DNA of 32,000 nucleotides. It comes from Fastidiosibacter lacustris. GTDB taxonomy: Bacteria; Pseudomonadota; Gammaproteobacteria; Francisellales; Francisellaceae. Both the position numbers and the translations under genes were made by a program. This document shows, piece after piece, positions 1 to 9,096 of this stretch (positions within the stretch are counted from its first letter, which is position 1; each line of letters opens with the position of its first letter). Location of the stretch: contig NZ_QLIR01000001.1 in NCBI RefSeq assembly GCF_003428155.1, positions 90,001 to 122,000 on the forward strand, given 5' to 3'. The notes beneath the pieces are model-generated. The model was given only the letters and a program-made list of their open reading frames with translations, had not been told where the DNA came from and did not search any database.

Positions 1-483
1 GTATTAAGCGATGGTAAAATTATCTTAAGTAATGATGGCAATGAGACCAAAAGTTTTGATGTTAAAGATGGCTTAGGTATGGTGTTGTTGCAGAAGTTGG
101 GCATAAAAATAGCTGTTATTACTGGGAAAAGCTCGCAAATTGTACACAATCGCTTAACAGCGTTGGGTGTTCAAGATGTTTATCAAGGGCAAAAAAATAA
201 GGTTACTGCATTTTCAGATTTGCTAGAAAAGTATCATTTGAGCACGGCTGAAGCAGCTTATATGGGTGACGATTTACCTGATTTATCTATTATTGACAAA
301 GTATGTGTGTCTTTTGCACCACATGATGCAGTCCATATAGTAAAAGAAAAGGTAGATTACATTTGTACGCATAGAGGAGGGCACGGTGCAGTAAGAGAAA
401 TATGTGATTTATTCTTACAGGCACATGACAAATATGACAAAGTCATAGCAGATTATATTGTACATGGTGAGGCAAAATTTTAA
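1..483 (+). CDS. kdsC: 3-deoxy-D-manno-octulosonate 8-phosphate phosphatase KdsC (5' end lies outside the window)
   Basis: The frame is open from base 1 (VLSDGKIILSNDGNETKSFDVKDGLG...), so the ATG at 79 is internal. HAD-family KdsC motifs are present: KSFDVKDG, ITGKSS, YQGQKNK, GDDLPDL, GGHGAVRE. The stop overlaps the lptC start (TAATG). Synteny with lptC-lptA-lptB supports the call. Confidence 0.85.
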   Translation, partial: VLSDGKIILSNDGNETKSFDVKDGLGMVLLQKLGIKIAVITGKSSQIVHNRLTALGVQDVYQGQKNKVTAFSDLLEKYHLSTAEAAYMGDDLPDLSIIDKVCVSFAPHDAVHIVKEKVDYICTHRGGHGAVREICDLFLQAHDKYDKVIADYIVHGEAKF

Positions 484-1076
484 TGTTTTTCAGTAAACGT
501 GTCTTCTTTAGCACGATTGGTTTATCTGTTGTGGTTGGCTCAAGTGGTTGGCTTGTGGTTAAATCAGCGCAAGAGCAAATCAGTCATGGTGAGTTGCCTG
601 CCCATTTTATTGAGAATACGGCAGAAGGATTACGTTATGAAAAATATGATCAAAAAGGATGGTTGCAGTACAGCCTCTATGCTAAACAAGGTAAACGGTT
701 TTACAATCAAGATGCAGTGCTTAGTGAGGTTAATGCCGAGTTTTTTTCTAAAGATCAAAATGATAAACCTTGGTATATTACGGCAAACAATGCGGATGTA
801 ACGAATAATAATAACAATATTCGCCTATATGGTAACGTCATTATGCAAAGACAAGCAAATGGTAACAGTTCACCTGCGATTAAAATAACAACAGAAATGA
901 TTGATTATGACAATAATAAAGATGACTTAAATACAGATAAGTTAGTTACCTTTACTGAACCAGGGACCCCCAATAACACAGTAGGTTTAGGTTTAAGTGG
1001 CGCTCCTAAAAAGGGTAATTTTACATTATTGAAAAACGTGAGAAGTTATTATGCAGGACAAAATGCTAAGAATTAA
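483..1076 (+). CDS. lptC: LPS export system protein LptC
   Basis: 197 aa with a single N-terminal TM anchor (FFSTIGLSVVVGSSGWLVV) followed by a soluble beta-rich domain. It sits in the canonical position between kdsC and lptA, and its start is coupled to the kdsC stop. The assignment rests mainly on size, topology and synteny. Confidence 0.7.
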   Translation: MFFSKRVFFSTIGLSVVVGSSGWLVVKSAQEQISHGELPAHFIENTAEGLRYEKYDQKGWLQYSLYAKQGKRFYNQDAVLSEVNAEFFSKDQNDKPWYITANNADVTNNNNNIRLYGNVIMQRQANGNSSPAIKITTEMIDYDNNKDDLNTDKLVTFTEPGTPNNTVGLGLSGAPKKGNFTLLKNVRSYYAGQNAKN

Positions 1077-1800
1077 ATCATTGTTAATCATATTAAGTAT
1101 GGGGAGTTTCTTAGGTTTAGGTACGACTTACGCAGCACAAGAACGTACAATGGATGCAGCTAGCATGTTTGGTAAAGACGCAACAAATGATGGTCCCATT
1201 ACCATTTGTAGTGATAGCTTATCGTATAGCCAAACTGCACATAAAATGATTTATCAAGGTAATGTGCTGGTAATGCAAACAAAAGATGCCACCATCCAAT
1301 GTAGTGCCTATAGTGTCCCTGGAGATAAACAAAATGTACCTTCTTATCAGTTTCCAGTACAAGTGAATGACTATCTACAATCCCAAAAACAAGCACTTGA
1401 AATGGCAAAGCAAATTTGCCAAAAGCAAAAAGGGTGCAGATTCTTGACAGGTCAAACGTTAACCATATCGTTTGATCAACAAAACAATCAACTAACCGAT
1501 ATATTGCTGACAACAAATACCCCTTATACGGCAAAATTTTACTCATTACCTTTTCCTAAGGGAGGTGAGAAAACACAACCTCAGTCCGATCAGCAAACCA
1601 TGTATGCTGAAGGGCGTAAGATGAATTTTAATTTACAGACCAGTATATTAACGATTGAAAAAGAGGCTTACGTTGATCGAGCAGGGAATCGTTTTTCTGG
1701 TGATAAGGTGCTATACGACACTAAGAGTGGATTGGTTACCGTGCCAGACACTGGACAAAGGGCAACGGTTATTTTAAATAATTTAAACACAAAGAATTAG
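1051..1800 (+). CDS. lptA: LPS transport periplasmic protein LptA (OstA-like), unusually long
   Basis: It has a signal peptide (LLIILSMGSFLGLGTTYA/AQ). OstA-like segments are present: PITICSDSLSYSQTAHKMIYQGNVLV, and YAEGRKMNFNLQTSILTIEKEAYVDRAGNRFSGDKVLYDTKSGLV. It lies between lptC and lptB. An alternative start is the ATG at 1063. Confidence 0.7.
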   Translation: MQDKMLRIKSLLIILSMGSFLGLGTTYAAQERTMDAASMFGKDATNDGPITICSDSLSYSQTAHKMIYQGNVLVMQTKDATIQCSAYSVPGDKQNVPSYQFPVQVNDYLQSQKQALEMAKQICQKQKGCRFLTGQTLTISFDQQNNQLTDILLTTNTPYTAKFYSLPFPKGGEKTQPQSDQQTMYAEGRKMNFNLQTSILTIEKEAYVDRAGNRFSGDKVLYDTKSGLVTVPDTGQRATVILNNLNTKN

Positions 1801-1809
1801 CTCGAAAAA

Positions 1810-2550
1810 ATGACAGATACGAATAGACATAAACTTGTTGCAACACATTTGGGTAAAGCCTATCGTTCCCGATGGGTTGTCGTTGATGTGTCCATGGAAG
1901 TCAATAGTGGTGAAATTGTAGGACTCTTAGGACCAAATGGTGCTGGGAAAACGACTTCTTTCTATATGATTGTGGGTCTTGTTCGCCCCAACCGTGGTAC
2001 GGTAATATTGGATGCTCAGGATATCACTAAGCTTCCTATTCATTGGCGTGCACGTCAAGGCATTGGTTATTTGCCGCAAGAAGCATCTGTTTTCAGGAAG
2101 CTTAGTGTTGAGAATAATGTTATGGCGATTTTAGAAACGCGCAAAGAACTTTCAAAAGAACAGCGTAAAGATGAGTTAGAATCGTTGTTGGATGAATTTA
2201 GCATTCAGCACATTCGTGCAAATTTGGGCATGAGTTTATCAGGTGGGGAGAGAAGGCGTGTAGAAATTGCCAGAGCACTTGCAATGTCGCCGCGATTTAT
2301 TCTCTTAGATGAGCCATTTGCTGGTGTCGATCCGATTTCAGTAATTGATATTAAAAAAATTATCACTCACCTTAAAAATCGTGGCATTGGTGTTCTTATT
2401 ACTGACCATAACGTGCGTGAAACGTTAGATATTTGTGAACGTGCCTATATTGTAAATGCTGGTAAAATGATTGCCTCTGGTAAGCCAAGTGAGATCTTAA
2501 GTAATGATCAAGTTAGAAAAGTTTACCTAGGTGAGCAGTTTAGAATGTAA
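1810..2550 (+). CDS. lptB: LPS export ABC transporter ATPase LptB
   Basis: Walker [11 protein letters not shown]-loop YLPQE, ABC signature LSGGERRR, Walker [13 protein letters not shown] and H-loop ITDHN are all present. Size is 246 aa, and it sits immediately after lptA. Confidence 0.93.
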   Translation: MTDTNRHKLVATHLGKAYRSRWVVVDVSMEVNSGEIVGLLGPNGAGKTTSFYMIVGLVRPNRGTVILDAQDITKLPIHWRARQGIGYLPQEASVFRKLSVENNVMAILETRKELSKEQRKDELESLLDEFSIQHIRANLGMSLSGGERRRVEIARALAMSPRFILLDEPFAGVDPISVIDIKKIITHLKNRGIGVLITDHNVRETLDICERAYIVNAGKMIASGKPSEILSNDQVRKVYLGEQFRM

Positions 2551-2606
2551 GATTTAGCTCATATTTTATTTACATTTTTTACAAAACTATAAGGCAGTTT
2601 TCAAAC

Positions 2607-2631
2607 TTTTTGGTTTTTACGAATCCAAAAA
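2607..2631. terminator. Weak A/T-rich hairpin between convergent lptB and tyrA
   Basis: TTTTTGG (2607-2613) and CCAAAAA (2625-2631) are perfect reverse complements around an 11-nt loop. The stem has only 7 bp and is mostly A-T. Confidence 0.25.
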
Positions 2632-2638
2632 CAGCTTA

Positions 2639-3514
2639 TTATGTAGGTGAAACAATACCCAATAAGCGATCGCTTTCGTGGTAAGCCTTATTGCTAAATT
2701 CACCCATCCAGTTTTTTACTTCATTAAAGTGATTCACAAACTGTTCTTTCCCATCATCGTTTTTTAAGTAACTAGCTTGCTCGGTAATCAATTTGGCATA
2801 TTCAGCAATCATATCGAGGCGTTTGTTGTCTGAGACAATAATATTGGCATAAAGGTGAGGATCTTGATTGAATAACCTACCAATAATATTAAGCTCCATT
2901 CTATAAACAGGACTTGAGAGTGAGCGTAATTCTATCAAATCGATATTATGCTTTTTAAGGAATAGACCCATGCAAAAAACAGAGAAATGTTCAATTCCTT
3001 GAATAAAGGTCATGGCATCATCATGTGCCCTGGCACTCATCTGTTTAAGTGTGAAATCTAGATGAATTAAATCATCAATAAACCATTGATAAGCTTCATG
3101 ATGGCGACCATGACAATAGATGATGACTCGTTTAGCTGCTTTGTTAATTGTAGGACCAAAAATTGGATGTAAGCCAACAACTGGACCTCTGTGAGCAGTA
3201 AGCATTATATTTAAGGGCTCTTCTTTAATGCTGGTGAGATCTGCCAAAATAGTATATTCGTTTAAATAAGTACTTACTTTTTGAATGACGGTAGATGTAA
3301 CAGCAATAGGGGTAGAGATTAGCACAATATCCTGGTTGTTTAGCTTATGTTTAGGACTATCCCAATCCTGTTCACCAAATAAGCTAATTTCATAGTGTGG
3401 TAAAGTTTGTAAGAATCGCATAAGTAATTGTCCCATTGCCCCATAACCGCCGATGATACATATCTTTCGCGTGGAGTTAGGTTTTTTATTTTGCATACGA
3501 TAAACCATGTTCAT
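2639..3514 (-). CDS. tyrA: Prephenate dehydrogenase (TyrA-type, no fused chorismate mutase domain)
   Basis: A dinucleotide fold ICIIGGYGAMG is present. Blocks closely resemble the dehydrogenase half of E. coli TyrA as I recall it: GLHPIFGP, EAYQWF, SSPVYRMELNIIGRLFNQDPHLYANII. The start ATG lies 2 nt after the dtd stop, with AAGG 7 nt upstream. Confidence 0.85.
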   Translation of the reverse strand: MNMVYRMQNKKPNSTRKICIIGGYGAMGQLLMRFLQTLPHYEISLFGEQDWDSPKHKLNNQDIVLISTPIAVTSTVIQKVSTYLNEYTILADLTSIKEEPLNIMLTAHRGPVVGLHPIFGPTINKAAKRVIIYCHGRHHEAYQWFIDDLIHLDFTLKQMSARAHDDAMTFIQGIEHFSVFCMGLFLKKHNIDLIELRSLSSPVYRMELNIIGRLFNQDPHLYANIIVSDNKRLDMIAEYAKLITEQASYLKNDDGKEQFVNHFNEVKNWMGEFSNKAYHESDRLLGIVSPT

Positions 3515-3516
3515 GT

Positions 3517-3954
3517 TTATACCTTAAGCCATAATGTCACAGGACCATCATTTATGAGTGTCACTTGCATATTTGCACCAAATTGACCTTGTTGAATTTG
3601 ATCATATTGTTGCTGTAAAAACGCGCAAAAAAATTCAAATTTTTGTTTGGCCAGTTGAGGGGGACATGCATTTGAAAAACTAGGGCGCAAACCTCGATCA
3701 GTATTGGCGACTAAAGTAAACTGTGGTACCAGTAATAGACCACCTTTAATGTCGATTAGGCTTTTATTCATTTTGCCATTTTCATCTTCAAAAATACGTT
3801 GTTTTAAAAGTTTATGTGCCATTTTTTCAAAATGCGTGATATTGTCTTTATCTTCTACACAAATGAATGCTAATATCCCTGTGAGAATACGAGCAATAGT
3901 GTTGCTGTTGATATCTACCTGAGCATCTGTCACGCGTTGGATGAGTGCAAGCAT
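3517..3954 (-). CDS. dtd: D-aminoacyl-tRNA deacylase
   Basis: 145 aa with N-terminus MLALIQRV, then PQFTLVA, and NDGPVTLWL near the C-terminus. Size and motifs are typical of Dtd. Confidence 0.92.
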   Translation of the reverse strand: MLALIQRVTDAQVDINSNTIARILTGILAFICVEDKDNITHFEKMAHKLLKQRIFEDENGKMNKSLIDIKGGLLLVPQFTLVANTDRGLRPSFSNACPPQLAKQKFEFFCAFLQQQYDQIQQGQFGANMQVTLINDGPVTLWLKV

Positions 3955-4310
3955 AATGTTGAGAGTGTATTTATTTTATGAACGTTAGCATAACGATTAA
4001 ATCGTTTTATGTCATCAGCAATCAGAACCAAAAAATTATCATGTACATAGTCTTAGAAGAGAAAAATAATGGTTTTATAGCATGTTAGAGCTTAAAATGT
4101 ATGGATGAACATGTTAGTAATGTAGAGCAATATATCAAACTATAAGCAAATTAGAAAATTGTTATAGTTATGGATAGAACTTACAAAATCAAAAATTTTA
4201 ACTATAGCCTGTAATAAGGTTTAGTCGCAAACTCAAGTCAAGAGGTCGTAAAATTTATAGATGCAGGTGATGATTGAAAGCCTTGTCTAAAAAATTTAGG
4301 AAACTTCGAA

Positions 4311-6014
4311 ATGGTGAAAAATAGTGCATATTTTGATTATATAATTGTTGGTGCAGGTTCTGCAGGATGTGTTCTTGCCATGCGATTAAGCATTGAGCCA
4401 TCGATAAAGGTGTTGTTGATTGAATATGGAGGTAAAAATAAAAGCTTGTTGATTGACATGCCTTCCGCTTTATTTTATCTGCCAAATATGTCCAAATATA
4501 ATTGGGGGTTTTCCTCAGTAAGTGAGCCATATTTAAATGGTCGAACCATTAATTGCCCACAGGGAAAGGGTCTAGGGGGATCATCGGCTATCAATGGGAT
4601 GGTTTACGTTCGAGGTCATGCTCGCGATTTTGATGAATGGGAACAGTTAGGTGCTTCCAACTGGAGTTATGCCAACTGCTTACCTTATTTTCGTCGTGCT
4701 GAGAATTGGTTTGGTCAAAGTGATTTATATAGAGGGAAAGAAGGTCCCCTACATGTTAATATGGGCAATAATATGCTGAAGAATCCTATGTATCAAGCTT
4801 TTATCCAAGCTGGAATTGAGGCTGGATATTCATACACCACGGACTACAATGGGTATAAACAAGAAGGTTTTTCTCCTATGCAAATGACGGTAAAAAAGGG
4901 GGTTCGCAACTCTACTGCCAAAGCTTATTTAAATCCTGTGATAAAACGTAAAAATTTAACAGTAATTAAAAATGCTCTCGTCGATAAGGTATTGATTGAA
5001 AACGGTTCCGCTACTGGTGTGCAATTTTATCATTATGACAGAATAATCTGTTGTTTAGCAAAAAAAGAAGTCATTTTAAGCGCAGGTCCGATCAATTCCC
5101 CTGCAATTTTGCAAAGATCTGGAATTGGTGACAAAAATATACTTGCTGCTGCGAATGTCAAGCTGGTTCATGGACTTCCTGGCGTTGGGAAAAATTTGCA
5201 AGATCATTTAGAAGTATATTTTCAATATCAATGCTTAAGGTCGATTACTCTTAATGCAAAATTAGATAGGATTAGCAAACTAATGATTGGTGCACAATGG
5301 CTACTTTTTAAAAGTGGACTTGGAGCAACCAATCATTTTGAATCTTGCGCTTTTATACGGTCGCGGTCAGGGCTAATAGCGCCAGACATTCAGTATCATT
5401 TTTTGCCAGCAGCTATCCGCTATGATGGAAAAAAAGCCTTTAATGACCACGGTTTTCAAGTGCATGTTGGACCAAACAAACCAAAAAGTAGAGGTCAGGT
5501 TGCTATAAAATCGAGTAACCCCAAAGTCCCACCAAAAATTCTCTTTAACTACTTACAGCACGAAGATGATATTAAGGATTGGCGCGCTTGCATTCGTTTA
5601 ACTCATGAAATTATGATGCAGCCAGCTATGGACAATTATAGAGGAGATGTCATACAGCCAAGTATTGATTTGTCGTTGAATAAAGAAATCGATCAATGGG
5701 TACAACAAAATGTTGAAAGTGCCTATCACCTATGTGGTACTTGCAAAATGGGGAAACACACGGATGAACTAACTGTTGTCGATCCAGATTGTAAAGTGAT
5801 AGGTATAAAGCGATTGCGTGTTGTAGATTCTTCAATTTTTCCAACGTTAACAAATGGCAATTTAAATGCGCCAACGATCATGGTAGCTGAGAAAGCAGCC
5901 GACCTTATTCTTGGCAAGAAACAGTTGGGACAAGTGAATGCGGCTGTTTGGTATGCTCAAGACTGGGAGTTACAACAACGTGAGAACACACCTGTTAGAC
6001 CATTCATATATTAG
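4311..6014 (+). CDS. betA: GMC-family FAD oxidoreductase, choline dehydrogenase (BetA)-like
   Basis: Motifs: [19 protein letters not shown] (FAD fold), [61 protein letters not shown]. It looks collinear with E. coli BetA as I remember it. An AGGAAA Shine-Dalgarno lies 8 nt upstream of the ATG. Confidence 0.8.
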   Translation: MVKNSAYFDYIIVGAGSAGCVLAMRLSIEPSIKVLLIEYGGKNKSLLIDMPSALFYLPNMSKYNWGFSSVSEPYLNGRTINCPQGKGLGGSSAINGMVYVRGHARDFDEWEQLGASNWSYANCLPYFRRAENWFGQSDLYRGKEGPLHVNMGNNMLKNPMYQAFIQAGIEAGYSYTTDYNGYKQEGFSPMQMTVKKGVRNSTAKAYLNPVIKRKNLTVIKNALVDKVLIENGSATGVQFYHYDRIICCLAKKEVILSAGPINSPAILQRSGIGDKNILAAANVKLVHGLPGVGKNLQDHLEVYFQYQCLRSITLNAKLDRISKLMIGAQWLLFKSGLGATNHFESCAFIRSRSGLIAPDIQYHFLPAAIRYDGKKAFNDHGFQVHVGPNKPKSRGQVAIKSSNPKVPPKILFNYLQHEDDIKDWRACIRLTHEIMMQPAMDNYRGDVIQPSIDLSLNKEIDQWVQQNVESAYHLCGTCKMGKHTDELTVVDPDCKVIGIKRLRVVDSSIFPTLTNGNLNAPTIMVAEKAADLILGKKQLGQVNAAVWYAQDWELQQRENTPVRPFIY

Positions 6015-6072
6015 GTAATATTTTTTTATGAGTTTCAAAAGCTTATTCAACAAAGCTTACTTAATATGAAGC

Positions 6073-6344
6073 ATGAGTGACAAAGGTTGTTGTTATGATA
6101 ATATTGCTTGTGAAAGCTTTTTTGGCATATTAAAAAAGTTGAGTTGATGCATAATGAAAACTACAAAACAAGAGAGTAAGCTAAAACATCAATATTTAAA
6201 TATATAGATGCTTATTACAAAACAAAAAGAAAGCATTTAACGATAAATTACATGACTCCAAAACAGTTTGAAGATATCGAAAATTCAAAAGTGTCCCAAA
6301 TTCATGGGTTAGATCAAAATTTCCTTTATTGCTATTGGTCATAA
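6073..6344 (+). pseudogene. Relic of an IS3-family transposase (C-terminal tail only, frameshifted, with an in-frame stop)
   Basis: Frame 1 reads MSDKGCCYDNIACESFFGILKKLS*, the IS3 DDE-domain block 'GNCYDNAxxESFFxxLKxE'. A shifted frame starting at 6141 reads ELMHNENYKTRE*AKTSIFKYIDAYYKTKRKHLTINYMTPKQFED, the IS3 tail 'YxTReEAxxxIFxYIExxYNxxRxHSxLgYxSPxxFE'. No N-terminal part is present and no terminal inverted repeats were identified. Confidence 0.75.
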
Positions 6345-6398
6345 TTAATATTATATGGTATTCTTAGCACAAATTTTTTCTTAGTTATATTTAGGTTA

Positions 6399-6926
6399 AT
6401 GATAAACACCTGGAAAACAAAACAAGACTTGGAGCTTGATCCTAATCTTGAATATTGGCTCTTTAGTGTTAAAAGGCTAGGATCCACCTTGGCACACTAT
6501 GCACCATTCTTAGAGTTAAGCTGTATTAATGAATATGATGGCAAAATCGATGATGATGAGCTTTTACTCCTGAATCAACACGATAAAAATTGTCGTATTC
6601 GCTTAATCAAACATCATCGAAATAATGAAGTTCTTGTTTTTGGGCGTACCGTCATACCGAAAGAAACCTACCTTAGTTATCAAAACCTATTTGATACACT
6701 AGGTAATAACTCAATTGGTGAGCATTTTTTATTTCGTGAATCCAATATCAAACGCAGTGATTTCTATGCTTGGTATTGTCCAGCTGATATTGTTAAACAC
6801 AAGCTCCAATTGCCAACGAATACTATTGATACGCCATTATGGGTACGAGCTTCAATTTTTGAGCTCCCCAATAAGCAAAAACTTCTGATCGAAGAGTTTT
6901 TTATTGAGCTTTTTAAGCTCAATTAG
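6399..6926 (+). CDS. ubiC: Chorismate pyruvate-lyase
   Basis: 175 aa, ending 9 nt upstream of ubiA. The pattern ...VLVFGRTVIPKETY...LGNNSIGEHFLF...PLWVRASIFELPNKQKLLIEEFF parallels E. coli UbiC blocks (GRTVVP, LGKTPLGRYLF, LWGRRS...GKPLLLTELF). Confidence 0.7.
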   Translation: MINTWKTKQDLELDPNLEYWLFSVKRLGSTLAHYAPFLELSCINEYDGKIDDDELLLLNQHDKNCRIRLIKHHRNNEVLVFGRTVIPKETYLSYQNLFDTLGNNSIGEHFLFRESNIKRSDFYAWYCPADIVKHKLQLPTNTIDTPLWVRASIFELPNKQKLLIEEFFIELFKLN

Positions 6927-6935
6927 GGTAAGTAA

Positions 6936-7769
6936 ATGAAGGCTTATTTTTATTTAATGCGATTTCATCGTCCTCTTCCAATCCTGATTATTTTATACCC
7001 CACCTTATGGGGTTTATTTTCTGTTACTCATGGGTTACCTCCGCTTAAACTTATTGTTATTTTTATACTAGGAGCCATTACAATGCGAACTGCTGGTTGT
7101 GTTTTTAATGATATTGCTGATCGCAATTTTGATGGTGCAGTTGAGCGTACTGCTATGCGTCCAATTGCAACAGGTCTAATTTCTGTTAAGCGTGCTTCTT
7201 TTCTTGGTTTGTTTTTATTGATCTTTGCTTTTGTTTTAGTTTTACAACTTAATTTTCTAACCATTTTACTTTCTTTTGTTGCCGTTGCACTTGCCTTAAC
7301 CTATCCCTTGTTTAAACGATTTTTTGCCTTACCACAACTTGCCCTGGGATTTGCTTTTAACTTTGGCATTATCATGACCTATACGGCTGTTCAAAATAGT
7401 ATTCCTCCCACTGCTTGGCTTTTATACTTTGCCTCTATTTTTTGGACAATTGCTTACGACACAATGTATGCGTTTGCTGATAAGACTTACGACCTTGCAC
7501 TTAATTTAAAATCCTCAGCCATTACCTTTGGTAAACATAATCTAATGGCTGTCATTCTGGCTCAACTTTTAATGCTCATATGTCTAAGCCTATTTAGCTA
7601 TTTCAACGACTTTAATATATTGTTTTACTTAGCATTAGTAATTGTGATGATATTATTTTTTTATCAACACCAAACTTGGCACAAAGGTGGCATCCATAAT
7701 TGTATAAAAGCCTTTTCTGATAATCATTGGGTTGGGATGATTATTTTTATCGCAATTCTAATCCAATAA
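6936..7769 (+). CDS. ubiA: 4-hydroxybenzoate polyprenyltransferase
   Basis: It is polytopic, with the UbiA prenyltransferase motifs NDIADRNFDGAVERTAMRPIATG and a second Asp-rich block YDTMYAFADK. Size is 277 aa. Confidence 0.92.
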   Translation: MKAYFYLMRFHRPLPILIILYPTLWGLFSVTHGLPPLKLIVIFILGAITMRTAGCVFNDIADRNFDGAVERTAMRPIATGLISVKRASFLGLFLLIFAFVLVLQLNFLTILLSFVAVALALTYPLFKRFFALPQLALGFAFNFGIIMTYTAVQNSIPPTAWLLYFASIFWTIAYDTMYAFADKTYDLALNLKSSAITFGKHNLMAVILAQLLMLICLSLFSYFNDFNILFYLALVIVMILFFYQHQTWHKGGIHNCIKAFSDNHWVGMIIFIAILIQ

Positions 7770-7839
7770 CTCCTATTTTTCAGTTTAAGACGCTATACTA
7801 AATAGCTAATAAGGCACCAAAACAGGACGTTAATATGTG

Positions 7840-9096
7840 ATGTGCAAACTCAGTGTATTAATTACAATGCTTATAAGTACTCCAGCAATTACATGCACCG
7901 ATATATTTATTAATAAAGAACCTTATCACATCACTGCACGCACGCTTGATTTTCCACTTAAACTTTATGCTAAGAATTTCAATGCCTACAGTTGGTATCA
8001 AAAAATTTTTCAAACCGATATCAATTTAACAAAAATTATTCACCGTGCTTTTAGCTATTATAAAGGTTATATTGATGTTGAAAATACGACGAATATCATT
8101 GTTAACATCGATAATATTCCCAAGGACAAATTAGCTTATTGGTATAATAAATATGGCTACTTTGGTCGACTTGGTTTTATTGGCAATACATTGACAGATG
8201 GTATCAATACTCAAGGTGTTGCTGTTTCTGCACTTTACTTACCAGGTAGCATACAACCCAAATACAATCCGAATGACAAACGCCCTGCATTGGGCATTTA
8301 TGATCTGTCTAACTTTGTTTTAGGTATGGCAGATTCAACTGCTGAAGCTTTAACCCTTATTCGTCACTATCAATTAGTAGAGTCTGCAATGTTAGCCATA
8401 AATGGTTTATATATTAAAGATATACCATTACATATGGTTATTCGTGATAAAACAGGGCACAGTGCAGTCATTGAGTTTTTAGATGGTAAAACAATGGTCT
8501 ATGATCATGCCCAGAATGTGCTAACAAATGCTCCTGACTATGAATGGCACCTCAAACATCTTGAACATTATCAAAGCTTAAATGATCAAGGAGATCAGCA
8601 AAACAATATATTTGCACAATACATTCCACAATACCGTACTATTTTTGAAAATGCTCAACCTGAAGATGCAGGACTTCTCGGCTTACCAGGAGACTACACT
8701 TCTGCTTCACGCTTTGTGCGAGCTACAACTCTAATCAACCAATTACCTATACCTAAAAACAGTAATGACGCGCTCTATCATGCTGATGCTATCCTTGCAA
8801 CCATTACTGTTCCCTATTACGAAGCAACCGCAACGTTATGGCAATCTATTAAAGATCTAGATCACACACTCATATACTATCGAGATATTTTGTACTATGA
8901 AGGTGATGAAATTAAACCGAATACACTTAATAACGGTTTTGTTGAATACGATTTAAAATCGATGAGTTTTATTGCTCAAACTGCTGAAGAAAAAAACAGT
9001 GGGATCACACCTACCGATAAGCAGGATATATTAGGTGTATTATCAATCAACGCTATCCCATATTTAAATAATGCTAAAAATCTTGGATTTAATTAA
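7840..9096 (+). CDS. Secreted Ntn hydrolase of the choloylglycine hydrolase / linear amide C-N hydrolase family
   Basis: A signal peptide ends directly at the candidate nucleophile Cys ([14 protein letters not shown]). Family-typical residues follow: ARTLDF (Arg/Asp) and [13 protein letters not shown] lies 12 nt upstream of the ATG at 7840, and a GTG at 7837 is an alternative start. Confidence 0.8.
   Translation: MCKLSVLITMLISTPAITCTDIFINKEPYHITARTLDFPLKLYAKNFNAYSWYQKIFQTDINLTKIIHRAFSYYKGYIDVENTTNIIVNIDNIPKDKLAYWYNKYGYFGRLGFIGNTLTDGINTQGVAVSALYLPGSIQPKYNPNDKRPALGIYDLSNFVLGMADSTAEALTLIRHYQLVESAMLAINGLYIKDIPLHMVIRDKTGHSAVIEFLDGKTMVYDHAQNVLTNAPDYEWHLKHLEHYQSLNDQGDQQNNIFAQYIPQYRTIFENAQPEDAGLLGLPGDYTSASRFVRATTLINQLPIPKNSNDALYHADAILATITVPYYEATATLWQSIKDLDHTLIYYRDILYYEGDEIKPNTLNNGFVEYDLKSMSFIAQTAEEKNSGITPTDKQDILGVLSINAIPYLNNAKNLGFN

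Noticed and set aside
499-801. Track ORF of 100 aa overlapping lptC in another frame.
   Set aside because: It lies entirely inside the better-supported lptC frame and has no motifs or translation signals.
1199-1546. Track ORF of 115 aa antisense to lptA.
   Set aside because: It is antisense within a motif-supported gene, with low-complexity, unrecognisable sequence.
3704-7264. Short track ORFs 3704-3922 (+), 4255-4530 (-), 5650-5874 (-), 5726-5917 (-) and 7028-7264 (-).
   Set aside because: All lie antisense to or overlap dtd, betA-like or ubiA, whose frames carry diagnostic motifs. I regard them as shadow ORFs. The exception in layout is 4255-4530, which also runs into the betA-like upstream spacer (4255-4310) but has no start signal there.
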